In this document: positions 1 to 13,009 of the stretch, in pieces
How the letters are laid out: every line of letters starts with the position of its first letter
How positions within the stretch are numbered: the first letter of the stretch is position 1
Assembly: GCF_018977255.1 (NCBI RefSeq)
Contig: NW_024704743.1
Coordinates: forward strand, 102,178,001-102,242,000
DNA from: Callorhinchus milii
Taxonomy: Eukaryota
Reading direction: 5' to 3'
Length of the DNA stretch: 64,000 bases
Position numbers and translations under genes: made by a program
The notes under the pieces: model-generated
Seen by the model: only the letters and a program-made list of their open reading frames with translations
What the model was told of the DNA's origin: nothing
The model's database searches: none

Positions 1-1140
1 GCTAGTACACTAAGCTGTAGGGGGCAATAGAGAACTGTGTTACAATCACCGTATGTATGTGTATAAAAAATACCATCCAGCTTTTCGACTGAGCACTTCC
101 GATCTGCTTGAATTTGCATTTACAAATTTAAGGCATAAAACAATGAATTGTATTTTTCAGAAGAAAAATATGCATGAATGATCTCCTGCCCTAATGTCTT
201 AATCATAGTTTTTATTTGGGAACAAGAGGAGAACCCTTCATTTCAGAGAACAGCAGATAACATTTTCTCTTTCAGTTAGCAACCTCTTGTTGTGAGACAA
301 AAATGTCTGCTTCTTCATGATAGCATAATAAATGTTCAAACATAACTTGTGATATTTCTTAACTGGACTCTTTATCGAGCAACCTGAGTCATGCAAATAG
401 GGATTGCTTCCATTAAATGGATGCACACCGCTACAATCTGCAGTGACTCCTTGCTGAGTCAATCTACTTCCAAAATGGTATTTCCATCAGTTGAGGAGAA
501 TGCTAATGAGATTTATTATTAAGGAATCAGTGGGATTCTTTATTATGGAATGAACACATTAAGAAATATTTCGATTTAGATCTCAAATAAAGTAAACTTG
601 TGGGCTTTTTTTCCTCCCATTGCAAGCTCTTCAGATTAACTAAATTGAATTTTATGCCGAAAACATGAGACAATTTTACTGACAATTGTTTCTTCAAAAA
701 TGACCTTCAAACACACCAGAAACCTAGGTATCACATTATTTAATAGAAGATGTGATAACTCGATTTCTGGTTTATGAGTCATTCATCCTCAGTATAAGTA
801 AAAAAAAGTAAGTCAGATTAAATGGTAATTTTTAAAAAAAATACATAATTGCAGATATTGTATCATTTACTTCATACACAGGGACTTCAATCAGAAATAC
901 ATTTATTTAGTATTATTTAAAAGAAAGGACTACAGATCTGTATTCTTGTAATATCATTCCTACAACATTTCCTTTGAAAGCATTTGTTCTTATGACTGTA
1001 TTTTTATTCCCAAATCACTGTATTTTAGCTGCCTTGTATAGAATCTGTTACTGTGACAATGTCAGTATTGATAATGTTGTATGCTCCCAACATGGAAGAT
1101 TTCAACTAAGCGATGTGATATCCTCTCCATGTTTGAATAC

Positions 1141-1200
1141 CAGCGCCTTGGGACGTCTTCCTGATGAGAAAGGCGCTATACAAATGTAATTTTGTGGTTG
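1141..1200 (+). mobile_element. L2 LINE extreme 3' tail fragment
   Basis: cagcgccttgggacgtc...gaaaggcgctatacaaatgtaattttg matches the tails of the longer L2 copies (e.g. 54996-55067). Confidence 0.8.
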
Positions 1201-1409
1201 AATACCTTTTTAAGCAGTGAACAATGAACTTTTGCTTATAGACCATATTAATTCTAAATTAAGCCTTTGCCAGTTGAAAGAACCTGCATAAACAAAACTC
1301 TTAGTAATGTAATGGAATTAAACCCATTGAATTAAGATAAGAAACAATTTGATTCTATTGACTGCATTTACTTTCTAGGCTGGTAAAAATTTAATTGTCA
1401 GGGGAGCAA

Positions 1410-1612
1410 AACTCCAAAAAACAAAAACAATAATAAAAATTGGTCATTTTCAATCCATGACTGTTTGTGGGACATTGCTGTGCGCAATTGGCTGCCGCGT
1501 TCGCCCACAAATATACAGTCAATTCACTTTACAGTATATTCTGTGAAGCGCTTTGGGACGTCCTCCCGACGTGAAAAGCGCTATATCAAATGCAAGGATT
1601 ATTATTATTATT
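1410..1612 (+). mobile_element. 5'-truncated tRNA-SINE body (Deu-like core plus L2-type tail)
   Basis: gactgtttgtgggacattgctgtgcgcaattggctgccgcg core, agcgcttt..aaagcgct stem, (ATT)n tail; matches the 3' half of 48348-48667. Confidence 0.85.
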
Positions 1613-1829
1613 ATAATGTATATTTATACATTTAATTTACTGTATGTCTTACATGATTCCCTGATAAAATTCTTATTGACCCTTGGGAACTGCGCTCCAG
1701 AGGTAGATCCTATCAGAGCAGAATTCCCACAGGTTGACAAGACATACTTCCAGTTACTGCGAAGTTCCTGAATAAATCCTATCAATTGGGCTTCAATATT
1801 TTGCAGCTTCTATAAATGATGGCTTTATA

Positions 1830-2018
1830 TTTCCCCCTCCTCGCTCCCTCCCTTCCCTCCCCTCACCCTGACCATTTCCCCCCTCCTTGCTCCCTCCTTC
1901 CCTCACCCTGACCATTTCCCCCCTGCTCGGGTCATGACCCAACTGTGCAGCGCCTTGGGACGTCCTCCTGACGTGAAAGGCGCTTTATAAATGGAATCTT
2001 GTTGTTGTTGTTGTTGTT
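1830..2018 (+). mobile_element. Young L2 LINE 3' UTR and tail (subfamily with duplicated UTR unit)
   Basis: Near-identical to the reverse complement of 40422-40610; ends in (TTG)n. Confidence 0.9.
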
Positions 2019-2710
2019 CGCCTCAAAAACATACAGTCAATCCGTTTTACAGTGTATCCTATGAAGCTCTTTCAGACATCTTGACAATGTGATAAGGCGC
2101 TATATCAACTGATAATTTTTTAAAATTTTTATCCTATAATTCGTAATCCAGCACAGGTAGCTGCAGACAACAAGTTCTAGAAACAGTCGTCCTGTTGTCT
2201 GCAAACACACTTCATCAGCCTTAAGTTATCAAGTTTATGATATTACAGTGTCACCTTCCTTCACTCTTCAATTGAGTAATAATCAGCACTTGTTCCGGCT
2301 GACTTTATACAGTAATGCTTCTCCTAATGGAACGTGCCTTTCTGATTGCAGAGAATATTAAAATACAGTTTGTTTCACAGAAGCGTCAGGCTCCAAGAGC
2401 AAATCATGATGATGAGGTATAGCGCACTACATGACATTTGACCAGGGAGATATCCATCTACAATAATGCGCAGACCTTCTTTGTAAGTGTCTGTGACACA
2501 TCACAACCTCTGATACAAATCCAAAATTTATGACTAGAGATATAATATTTCTCCTCATAATACATTACCCATATTTTACATGGCTAACAAGAGAGTTGTG
2601 TTACACTTGCAGATTGTAGACTAATTTATAAGAGGCTGTCACGTAATTTTTAACACAAAAGAATTTACATAAATGTAAATTTGTATTCCATTATAGTGTA
2701 TTAGACAGAT

Positions 2711-3626
2711 AACAACAACAATACAATTACATGTGTATAGCGCCTTTCACGTCGGGAGGACATCCCAAGGCGCCGGATAGTCAGTGTTTCAGACGTGAAC
2801 TTGGGTCACGATTGAGGAGGGTGCCAGGCAGGGAAAGAAGGAGGGTGATCAAAGGTATGGACGAAGAGGGGGTCTTGAGATGGGTCTTGATGGAGGCAAG
2901 GGAGGGGGTGAGGCGGAAGGACTGCGGGATGGAGTTCCAGAGGGTGGGGCAGAGTGGCTGAAGGCTCGCCTGCCAATGGTGGGGCGGATGAGGCGGTGGA
3001 CATGAAGCAGACTGGAGCCTGGAGGTCACAGAAGTAAGGGGGAGTAAGGTCATGGAGGGCTTTGAAAGTGAGGACCAGGATCTTAAACCGTATACTCTGT
3101 GTGATGTGAAGTCAGTGGAGTCAGGCGAGGATGGGAATGATAGGATCGCGGAGCCTGGTGCAGGAGAGGACTTGGGCTGCAGAGTTCTGGATGATCTGCA
3201 GCCTATGGAGGGAGGAGTTGTGGAGACAGACAAGCAGGGAGTTTGCATAGTCAAGCCTGGATGTTATGAATGTGTGTATGAGGGTTTCTGCGGCCTGCGT
3301 TGTGGGACAGTGGCAGAGCTGGGCGATGTTGCAGAGGTGGGGAAAGGCAAAGCTGGTCATGGCACAGATGTGGGTCAAACAAGATGCCAAGGGTCTGGAC
3401 TGGCTCGGTGAGGTAGAGTGTGCATCCTTGGATGGTGATGCTGTCAGCGCCTGAGGTGAAGAGGCGCTGCCGGGAAACAATCAGGAGAGCCTTGGTCTTG
3501 TTGACGTTCAACTGAAGAAAGTTAGCTCTCATCCAGGACTTTATGTCTGCCAGATATTCTGTTAGGACAGTAGTGGTCCTGGAGTCGATGGTGGAGGTAG
3601 AGAGATAGAATTGGGTGTCATCCACA
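2711..3626 (-). mobile_element. 5'-truncated, decayed L2 LINE (ORF2 C-terminal part and tail)
   Basis: Minus-strand ORFs contain DDTQFY, NFLQLNVNKT, SRLDYANSLL, LWNSIP; (CAA)n tail at 2711. Confidence 0.9.
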
Positions 3627-4307
3627 GACAAGTAAAGAATAATAAGCCTTGAATTTGACATAGTACCTTTTGTTTCAAGAGGGTGCCTCAAAGTTGTCAC
3701 AGGATTTACTGCAATGTGTACTTATTGCATTTTTATAGGTGAAAAAATATAAATAGGTTGGTGACTTCCAGTTTGCGAATAACAGATTGTGAGTGTGGCA
3801 CGCAGTCAATCTCAAAGGGAATCCCAAAGTGGAAAAGTCAAAAAAAGGTTCCATCTCGAGGATTACCAGGACGATTTCATGGTGCTTTAAACTTTTAGCT
3901 TTGACTAGCTTTGACAGTCTGAAATGAATGACAGGAGCAGAAGGATAGACGAATTGTAAAGGAAAGCTAGTTTGAAGATAGAAACAGAATAATGAAAGAC
4001 TAAATTTAAATTTAAAAATGACAGTAAATGTAGGGAACTAGGATGACATTTATAAAGAACGGCTGCAATTCACTAGTTCATTGTTGCAATTGTTTTGTTG
4101 AAGAGCTACTTTGGTAGCAGTTTCTTTCTGTTGATTTTACTATTTTCATGCTTTATTTGTTGTATTTTAGGCACTAACTTTTTTGAAAAGAAATTGACTC
4201 AGCAGATTTTAAGATTGGTCAATCTGAGGTTAAATTATTTACCCAAGCTGTCATGTGTATAGATACGAAATTATATATTTTTGATTAATGACTACGACTT
4301 TCTTTTA

Positions 4308-4580
4308 ACATAGAAATACAACAAACAGATATAGGGATTCAGCCCAACGCGGCTATGATGGTATTTATAGTCCACAATGAGGCTCTATCTCTCCTAATCC
4401 TCTCATCCATACCCCTCTATTCCCTCTCTCTCATGTATGCATCAAGTTTCCTCTTAAACAGGTTGAAACTTTTTGTTTCAATCACAGCTTTTGGCAGTGA
4501 GTTCCACATTCTCACTATCCTCTGCATGAAGATGTTCCTCCTAAACTCCCTTTTAGATCTGCTACTGGCTATTTTATATT
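4308..4580 (-). mobile_element. CR1 LINE 3' fragment
   Basis: ORF 4417..4689 contains RRNIFMQRIVRMWNSLPKAVIE...FKRKLD, typical of the CR1 ORF2 C-terminus, followed by a CR1-type tail. Confidence 0.8.
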
Positions 4581-4784
4581 CCCTTCTCTTTTCAAATAGT
4601 GCCATGGAATCTTTAACGTCCACTTGAATAAGCAGATGGCCTTTTTTTAAAGTCTTGTCCAAAGGACGGCACCTCTGATAGAACAGCACTGGATTGGAGT
4701 ATCAGTTCAAAGTCCTAATGTGGCTTTCAACCCACAACCTTCTGTCTCAGAGGCGAAAGTGCTACCAATTGAGCTAGGCTGACA
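4581..4784 (-). mobile_element. DeuSINE-like (SacSINE1-like) 5' half with tRNA-derived head
   Basis: Reverse complement reads tgtcagcctagctcaattggtagcactttcgcctctgagacagaaggttgtgggttgaa...gtggacgttaaagattccatggcactatttgaa; matches 7882-8110. Confidence 0.8.
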
Positions 4785-4819
4785 CCGGTTGAATGAAGTA
4801 AATCTATTATGAGTACATG

Positions 4820-4855
4820 GGTCAATACATTTACCAAGGTCAATACATTTACCAA
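4820..4855. repeat. Perfect 18-bp tandem duplication
   Basis: ggtcaatacatttaccaa twice in tandem. Confidence 0.95.
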
Positions 4856-5162
4856 ACAAGTAGAAAATAAACCTATGTAGCCTGTGAAGCCACACAGTGA
4901 ATGTCTGTTTCTGCTAACCGAAACTGACAATGCAAAGCTGACCTGAGTTGTTTTAATTGATTTATGTCTTGATTTGCTGCTGTATGCAAAGGAAACTCAC
5001 TTCACTGCTTTTGTTTGCTTTGTTGGAATTCAATGATTCAGGCACTAGTCAACCATACCCAGGACCTCCTCAAAACTCTGTAAAGAATAAGGGAGGTTTG
5101 TGTATTGAATTATAACTACTCCCCTCTCTCACTTATCAACCTTAACATCCCCCGGTTTGAAA

Positions 5163-6070
5163 GGGTGGGGGAAGAGAAGCTCAAAGCCCGGCCGCCGATG
5201 GTAGGCACACTGGGTAGGAAACATAGAGCAGGCCTGAGCCTGCTGAACGTATTGAGTAGACAGGTTGACAGGGGTTAGCAGGTCAGAGAGGCAGGAGGGG
5301 GCAAAGCCATGGAAGGCCTTGAAACTCAGAATGAGGATTTTGAATTCTATCCGCTGAGGGATAGGGAGCCAGTGGAGCTGGGTGACGGTGGGAATGATGG
5401 TCACGGAGCCTGGTGCAGAAGAAGACATGAGCTGCAGGGTTCTGGATTATCTGCAGCTTGTGGCGGGTAGAGTTGCGGAGGCTGTCAAGGATTGAGTTTC
5501 CGTAGTCGAGTCTTGAGGTGACGCAGGTGCGTATGAGGGTTTCGGCGGCCTGAGGGGTGAGGCAGTGGTGGAGTCGGGCAATGTTGTGGAGTTGGGGGAA
5601 GGCAGAGTGTGTCATAGCATGGTATGGGGAACAGTTGAGGGTCAAACAAGACACCCAGGGTCCTGACTGGCTTGGTGAGGTGGAGTGTGCATCCATAGAT
5701 GCTGATGCTGTCAGTGCTTGAGGTGCGAAGACGCTAGCACAAGCCAATCAGGAGGGTCTCATTCTTGCTGACATTCAACTGCAGAAAATTAGCTCTCATC
5801 CAGGACTTGACAGTCTGTCAGGACATCAGTTGTCATGGAATTGAGGGTGCAGGCAGAGAGATAGAGTTGGATGTCATCTGCGTACATGTGGAAGTTGACC
5901 CCATGTCTGCGGATGATGTCACCAAGGGAGAGCATGTAGATATTAAACGGGAGAGGGCCAAGGACAGAGCCCTTCCTTATCAAGGAAGTTTCATGTATAC
6001 TTGGGATGTCCTCCCGACATGAAAGGCTCTGTACAAATGTAATTTTGTTGTTGGTGTTGTTATACATGAA
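5163..6070 (-). mobile_element. Decayed L2 fragment with a chimeric 5' head containing an inverted L2 tail
   Basis: GSVLGPL, HMYADD and SRLDYGNS motifs on the minus strand; 5934-6069 matches 42492-42627 in reverse orientation. Confidence 0.9.
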
Positions 6071-7881
6071 GAGGTCCTGGGTCCCCTCCTCCTTGAAGAG
6101 GAGACAGTGTGAGAGATAAGACCTGAACCATTCAAGTACAGAAAACCTTGAAGATTGAAGTGAGAGTAGAGGCAGTGGAAGAGAATGGTGTCGTCCATCC
6201 TATTGAGTATTAGGTTATCATACATGGTGCTCCGATGGTTGTTTAACAATTGGTACCTAGCAAACATTTTCCTTTATAAGTATATTTATAATATTTAGTG
6301 TATAATAACTATGAAGCACCTACCTGAAAACTATATTCAATGTTGAAAGAAGTTACAAGTAAAGCAATTCTTGAGACATTTCAATATTATAGGTGCCTTA
6401 TCAAATACGAGGATTACTGTTCGATTATTTTAGTAACTACCTGACTGCCAGAGGTGACATGGTGGAAAACATTAGTAGCAACCCAGACATCACTTTTTCA
6501 ATAAACTAGAACTTTTATTGCAAATACTGTATCATGCGGTTGAAAGATCATTGCTAGTAACATCAGTCTGACCCCAATCCAAACTCACTCTCACCACGAA
6601 AACTATCTTCAATTTATAATATAATAAGAATTATCCTTGTCTGGATTTTTGCTTTCACTTGGGTAGGACATCTCAAAGCATTTCCCAGGATGTACTCTAA
6701 AGTGTGGTGATTCTGGAAGTGGAGATCTACCCGCGGTATTCTGCAGGATCTGATGGGCTTCTGTCACAATGGGATAGGCATACATCAAACCACTGTAGTA
6801 GCCAGGGTCTCTGATTCTCCCCACCTCTCTTCACACACACACAGACACTGTTAGCAAGAGTTTCCCTCAATCAGTGGTGCTTCTGGTTGTGGATCAAATG
6901 ACTGTTTGAAAGGAACAGTGTTGCTTTGATTTTTTCACTGGTATCCACCACAGCCAACATGTGATGCTAATAGTTGAGCAGCCTTCAGAACCTAGGAGGC
7001 AACCAGGCAAATTAAATGCAATAAACGGCCTGTACAAAGGAACTAATGAAGACAGTAATTTCTCCTTGTCACTGGAAGCAGTCCAGAGTTAATGAAAATT
7101 CTACAGCAGAAAGCAATGGCTGAAGCCATGATACTTGCGTTCTAACTTCTATGTCAACCTGCCTTTCAGTTCTGACATCTCGTCATCCTGTAACATCTCA
7201 AAAGTGGTTCACACAAAAAGCTTTGATTTTCTCTAAAGCTCTGAAGATTGATAACAGATTACCAAGCAATTTGAGTGAATTCCTCAGTTGTATCTTATTG
7301 TCTATTAATGTCCGAGAAATATCCGGCAGTGTAGCTCTTTTTGGAGCTTCGTGTGAAGCACTTATTGTGGCAAACAATATGTACGGGAGGATGGAATGAA
7401 TGGGAACAACGTGGTGAGCCACACGCAGAATCTGCCCTACATGGCTGCCATTGCAAGGCTACAATCACTTAACAAAACCGACCTGTAAGATATCTCTCTG
7501 CTCTGACCTGGAATATGCTTGAAGCCAATTACTTGCAATATCAGCTTTACATACACAGGGTTCCATGTTAGAAATGGTTTTATTGCTCCTTACATGTTAT
7601 GTAGCATTTTTCACAGCAGAAAATTATTTTCAAATATTGCCTTGAGATATTTAATATCCACCTGATCAGGCACAAATTAGAATTCAGTTTAGCATCTCAT
7701 CCAAATGACAAGACCTCCAACAGTCCACTGTTTAAATGCAAGGATTATGTTCAGTGTTTTTTTAAGACTGTTGAAATTCCATTCATTGTTACGCATTTAA
7801 CTTAATGTGGTCAACAGTGTATGAAAGCAGCTACATTATTGATTCAACAAGGTTTCAAATAAACCCTGATGTACTATAGAT

Positions 7882-8290
7882 GTCAGCCTGGCTCAGTCAA
7901 TGGGGCTTTCATCTCTGAGTCAGAAGGATGTGGGTTCAAGCTCTAAGTTGGGACTTTGAACTCACAGTGTAGGCTAATGCCCCATTAGAATGCTAGAATG
8001 TGCTGTATTGTCTCAAGTGCCCTCCTTTGGTTGAGGTGTTGAACTGACACACCCTGTTTCCCTGTTCAGGTGGATGTTAAAGATCCAATTACACTATTCA
8101 AAAGTAGGGAGTTTATCCCGTTGTCCTGGGACACAACCCCCAGATAAAATAGGTAATTCACTCCATGGTTATATGTGGATTAATTTTGTGCAAACTGTGC
8201 TGCTGTTTCACCTACAAAATACAGTTACAGCACTTTTCAGTAAATCCTGTGAAGTGCTATACCAAAGGCAAGGTTATTATTACTATAATT
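7882..8290 (+). mobile_element. Near full-length old DeuSINE-like tRNA SINE
   Basis: tRNA-like head (ggctcag...gggttcaag), caggtggatgttaaagatcc central motif, Deu-like core, caaaggcaaggttattatta tail. Confidence 0.8.
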
Positions 8291-9029
8291 AAACTGTCCA
8301 TTTGATACTTGCAGTTTATGTAAGGAGAATTTTGGCCTAGAAATGCAGCAAATATTTCTTCAGTAATAAACCGTTAGAATTTGTGGTATGATATGCTGCT
8401 ATGTCCTTTATTTGGTGTTAGATCATAATCTGCATGCTGCTGGAATTGGAAAAGCATCATTCTTTGAAGGGCTCTGTGTACTTTTGGTGGTGAGCAAAAT
8501 GTCACTGTGAACAGAGCCAGGACATTGCAGGGTCTGTTGGAGAGATGATTGAATAAATCCACACAAATTAGAAGCCCCACTTCAACATCTCATGCTACGC
8601 ATGTTGACATGAGCACTACAGTGTTGCTCCTTGAGATATTTCATTTCCTATTGAATAATTGTTACTGTGCATTCAGGAATCAAGCTGAGAGGGTATTAAT
8701 CATTTGGTCAGCTGGTGTCTGACAAATTCAGATACCCATCAGCACGCTTTAAAGGTGTCCAAACCAAACTATTGAGATTTCTATGCTTCTATGGTTTCTG
8801 TTTGTCTAGAGCACACTCTTTCCCCAGAGGGGCTTAACCTATGTACTGAATCACTAGCCCAGTTTAGGCACAGGCTGGCAGAACCAAGGCTTGGGGATCT
8901 CAGATTGTTTGTTGTGGTACTGCTGCAGTTTAAACAGCTAAAACCACCTAGCTTGTCATTGCAAACGCTGGCAAGTTTCTCACTGCTTCTCCAGCTAGAA
9001 CTACCCTATCCGTTAGGGCTTTAGCTTTT

Positions 9030-9196
9030 CTGCTGAAGACCTTTGTCTCTGCTGAAGACTTTTCTTTTCGACCGCGCCTTTGGTCACCTTCCCACCCCTG
9101 GCTCGGTCCTGGGATCTTAAACTGTAAAGCGCTCTGAGACGCCATGCGGCGTGGAGGGCGCTACATAAATCCAAGCTGTTGTTGTTATTGTTGTTT
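9030..9196 (+). mobile_element. L2 3' end of a second L2 family
   Basis: LKTFLFDRAF coding end, variant stem-loop agcgctctgagacgccatgcggcgtggagggcgct, (TTG)n; same family as 33639-33927. Confidence 0.85.
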
Positions 9197-12007
9197 TGGG
9201 TTAAATATGTGTTTTGATGAAATACCATCCAATGCATATTTGTCACCTTGCAAAGGAGTGTGAAAGCAAGTATTATTTACCACCAATATAGTGTAACAGA
9301 CATTAGGACTGCCAATGTAGAGGCCCAGGAGCCATAGAAGTCACATGCTGATGGCATCATGAAGCAGGTTGACTCTCTAGTTATCAGGTTCACCATACAG
9401 CTATCACTTTGCAAATGGACAAAGTGACAGATCTATGGAGCAAGCCATCCTGGTGGTAATTACTAGCAATGTTGGCCAAAGCAAAGATAGACGTTAGGAA
9501 AACTACACATCAAAGTGAAACACCCAACACTAACATTTTAATGGAAAATTGACTGACTGACTGAGACTCAGTAAGTGCTCAAAACAGGTTTCAGATGCTG
9601 GCAGACAGCAATAATGCAACTCGAATACCTGAAGCTCTGAAAATCATATTACAACTAATCAATAAGGTTTAGTGATGCAGCGTGAACACTGATCAATGAA
9701 AGCAAACCATTCAAAATCCAAATGGAAATGGAGTCACTAGAGGGTAACATAATTCAACATTTTGTGGGACATTGCTTTGCAGTATTCACCTACAAAATAC
9801 ACAGTCACTCCACTTTACAGTAAATCATGTGAAATGTCCTCCCGACGTCCTCCCGACATGAAAGGCTCTATATTCAATGCAAAGATTCTTATTATTATGA
9901 TTATTTTGTCTACTCAAGTCTGGCAATTATGTCACAGACTAAATTGTTGGATTTCTGAATTGATATATGCCAATCCTGAAAATAATAACAGAGTTGGACA
10001 ATAGGTTCAATAGATAGTGGTTTTGGAAGCTGTTTTCCATGTTTTGCAAAGGTGGAAAAAAATCTGGTTTGCATTCAAAACTGAGTTCAAACACCCTGTG
10101 ATTTCCTCCGATGTTATTCAATCTAAAAATAGACCACACAATGCTAAATGTGAAGAATAACAAGCAGCTCAGAATTCAGTGGATGTATAAAAAAGATATC
10201 CTAAGGATCTTGACTTTGCAAATTATTTTGCTTTGTAATCAAAGACAGAAATAGCTGTATAGAGGATGTGGCAATTGCATAGCTCTACAGTTAACTGATA
10301 TGAAATGGCCATGGTAAGAGTTATTGATCTACTGAGTAATTTCTTGGTCCTGTACACAAATTAAACAGCAGCATGTTAATCAAAGGACATGGATGATTAT
10401 AACCTTAAACAATAAAATAAGCAATGGATAAATTGGCATTAAGGTCAAAAGACCGATTAAGCTAGCTAAATATTTTATAATATGTCATTTTCCTCCAATT
10501 TTATGGATTTACACAGATGTTAAAACAAAGGTAAAGTTACATTAAATTGATGTTTCACAAAAAACAAACCTTATAAAAAATTAGAGGCTGTTACTCATAA
10601 GAATCAATGTGTGAGAAGCAACATAAGTTGGTTGGGCCATGTGACATATGTTAATCACATAAATATTGTCAGCGAATGGGAAACACCTGAGACTATGATC
10701 GACAGGGTAACTAGTTGTTGGTATCGAGATTACTTCAACCAACATGTTAAGACAAAGTAGTAATTGACTATTATCCAAGAAAAGGTCCAAGAAGCAAATT
10801 CCATCAGTCAAGACTGGGAGGTAGATTGATGATGACTCTGTGAACATGATACCTACGACCTTCCCAATACAGAAACATTGAAAGAAGTTAAGAGCATTTA
10901 ACGTTTTAAACTAAAGCTATAGCAATATAAACCAGTCAGTTTTATTTGTATTTATGTACAATTCATATATCACTTTGGTGAGACCTAAACCAAGATCCAA
11001 TCTACCTGCTCTTCATGTGGACATTAGGCGTCCCATGACTGTATATGAAAAGAGAAGGGAGGTTTTTACCTATTGATTTACATTATGACTGTTTGTATGA
11101 TATTGAATTCTGCAAAACATACAAAAAAAATTCTACATAGTAATTACTGTGTAGCTCTTTCAGACATTTTGTTGAGATAAAACACTATAAAAGTAAAATT
11201 TTTGCTTTGTTCCAATATTACCTTTTCAATCAATTTTCAACAATAACTTACATTTATATGGAGCCCTTCATGCAGGGTAGCATCTCAGAGCACGTAAAAG
11301 TGGCAGAACCTGACATTGAGTCGGGGGGTGGGGAGGTGACTGTAAGCACATTATTCAATATTATAATGTGACACAAAAAAGATTATTGAATTGTTCTGTC
11401 ACTTGACCTTTGTAATTGAAACAATCCCTTGTTCTTGCAATCATGAAATAGCATCAGCTTGCCTCGGTTGGCAGCACTCTCACCTCTGAGTTAGAAAGTT
11501 GTCCTTTAAAGTTACGTCGGGAGTTATAATAAATGTACTCTGTCGTTTCACCCAAAGCCACTGCAAACTCTCATTGTTTAGCTTACATCCCACCACAAAT
11601 GGTATTTTACCCACTTGCAACATGCATCTGTAAAGACATCAACAACAATTTTACATTCATTTAGTACCTTTCATGTTGGGAAGATGTCACAAAGCAATTT
11701 ACAGAATTGGCTGGCAGCCTGAGCTATAGATGGGGCAACTGAAGTATGGGGAGAAGGTGCCCAAAAACATGGTTCAAAAAAAAGGTTTTAAGACAGGCTT
11801 TAAAGGTAGGGTGGAGAGAGACATATAAATTCCAATAAATGCCTCATAATTTGGCCCTGCCTTTACATGTCACTACCACTTAATTAATCATGCGATCAAT
11901 ATCCTGGCCGCATTTATTCATGTATTTTAAATATATGCCTACTGCGCCACTCTGAATAACTCAGCACTTTTAGCTTGGGGTGATGAATTATTAGGATTAA
12001 ACAGTAA

Positions 12008-12136
12008 CAGTGAACTCCTGATAACTCGTCACTCCATAGGAAAAGGGACTCAGGGACGAGGTATCAGCTGTAGCAGGGTGATGACTTAAATGGTAATGAC
12101 GAGTCAAGCCAGGGTTAAGTTATCGGGAGTTTAATG
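12008..12136. mobile_element. Short MITE with Tc1/mariner (pogo/Tigger)-like terminal inverted repeats
   Basis: cagtgaactcctgataact at the left end; agttatcgggagtttaatg at the right end (imperfect inverted match); internal ctcgtca/tgacgag inverted pair. Confidence 0.55.
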
Positions 12137-12569
12137 TTTTTATATAGTAGATGTTTATGTACCTGAGATAGAATGGTTTTGGCAACTGTTCCTACTTCTG
12201 ATGAGTCTGACTTTATCCTAAGCCAATATGACGTGTGGAGGCTCTTCACATAGTTTTGTTTTGTTCCTAAAACATACACCCGAGAGCATTGCATGGTCAA
12301 GAGCTTTCCATCCACCTTTTGAAATTTGCCAATCACTTTCTGTTAGGATCGTGTATATTATCAGGTAGGTAGGATTTTACTTCTGTCTTGAAGATTTTCA
12401 GGGATATTGCTTACACTGTATCAGAGGTATATCAGAGTTTGTGGCTCATTTTTGTAGCCAGAAGCCAAATACTAGAATAAAGCACATATGAATAAAGCAC
12501 CTTCTCACTGCACAGGTAACCTCCTTAATGCAGGAGATCACTTCAGGTGAAAAAGTGTAAAAGAAAATA

Positions 12570-12820
12570 ATAATAATAATCCTTGGTGTAATCCCTCATT
12601 ATGTCATTGAAAACGTTTCAAAGCATTTTGTAATGACTGAGCATTTGTAGGAAAAAGTGGCAACCAATTTGAGCACAGCCATGAAATGAATGACTTTTTT
12701 TTTCATCTGGGGTTTGTTAGTCAGGACACTAGGATAAAATCTCTTCTCTTTCGAATAGTGTCGTAAAATATTTAAAGTCCCCCTGTACAGGCAGACAGGA
12801 TCTCAGTTTAATGACTAATC
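12570..12820 (-). mobile_element. Old DeuSINE-like copy
   Basis: (AAT)n, aatccttg, caaccaatttgagcacagc and tttaaagtcccctgtacaggcagac in reverse orientation. Confidence 0.65.
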
Positions 12821-13009
12821 TGCTAATAGTTAATTCCCGTAGAATCATTTCCATGACAGAGCAAGGCAAGAAGTACTCTCATCATGCTTAAGTAGATGAG
12901 ACATAGTCAAAAAATAGGAAAATGGAATTTAGATGACTTCAATTACACATAAAACTAGAAACAATTGTCTGACCCTCTGTCCCTCTGTAACATTGATGAT
13001 AGTAATCAT

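Noticed and set aside
2381..2483. Exon-like segment (tttgtttcacag ... gtaagt)
   Set aside because: Stop codons in all three frames; the shorter 36-nt version has a weak donor and no recognisable peptide
10600..10870. Protein-like reading EWETPETMIDRVTSCWYRDYF (possible viral or TE relic)
   Set aside because: Short, stop-interrupted and unrecognised; needs BLASTX
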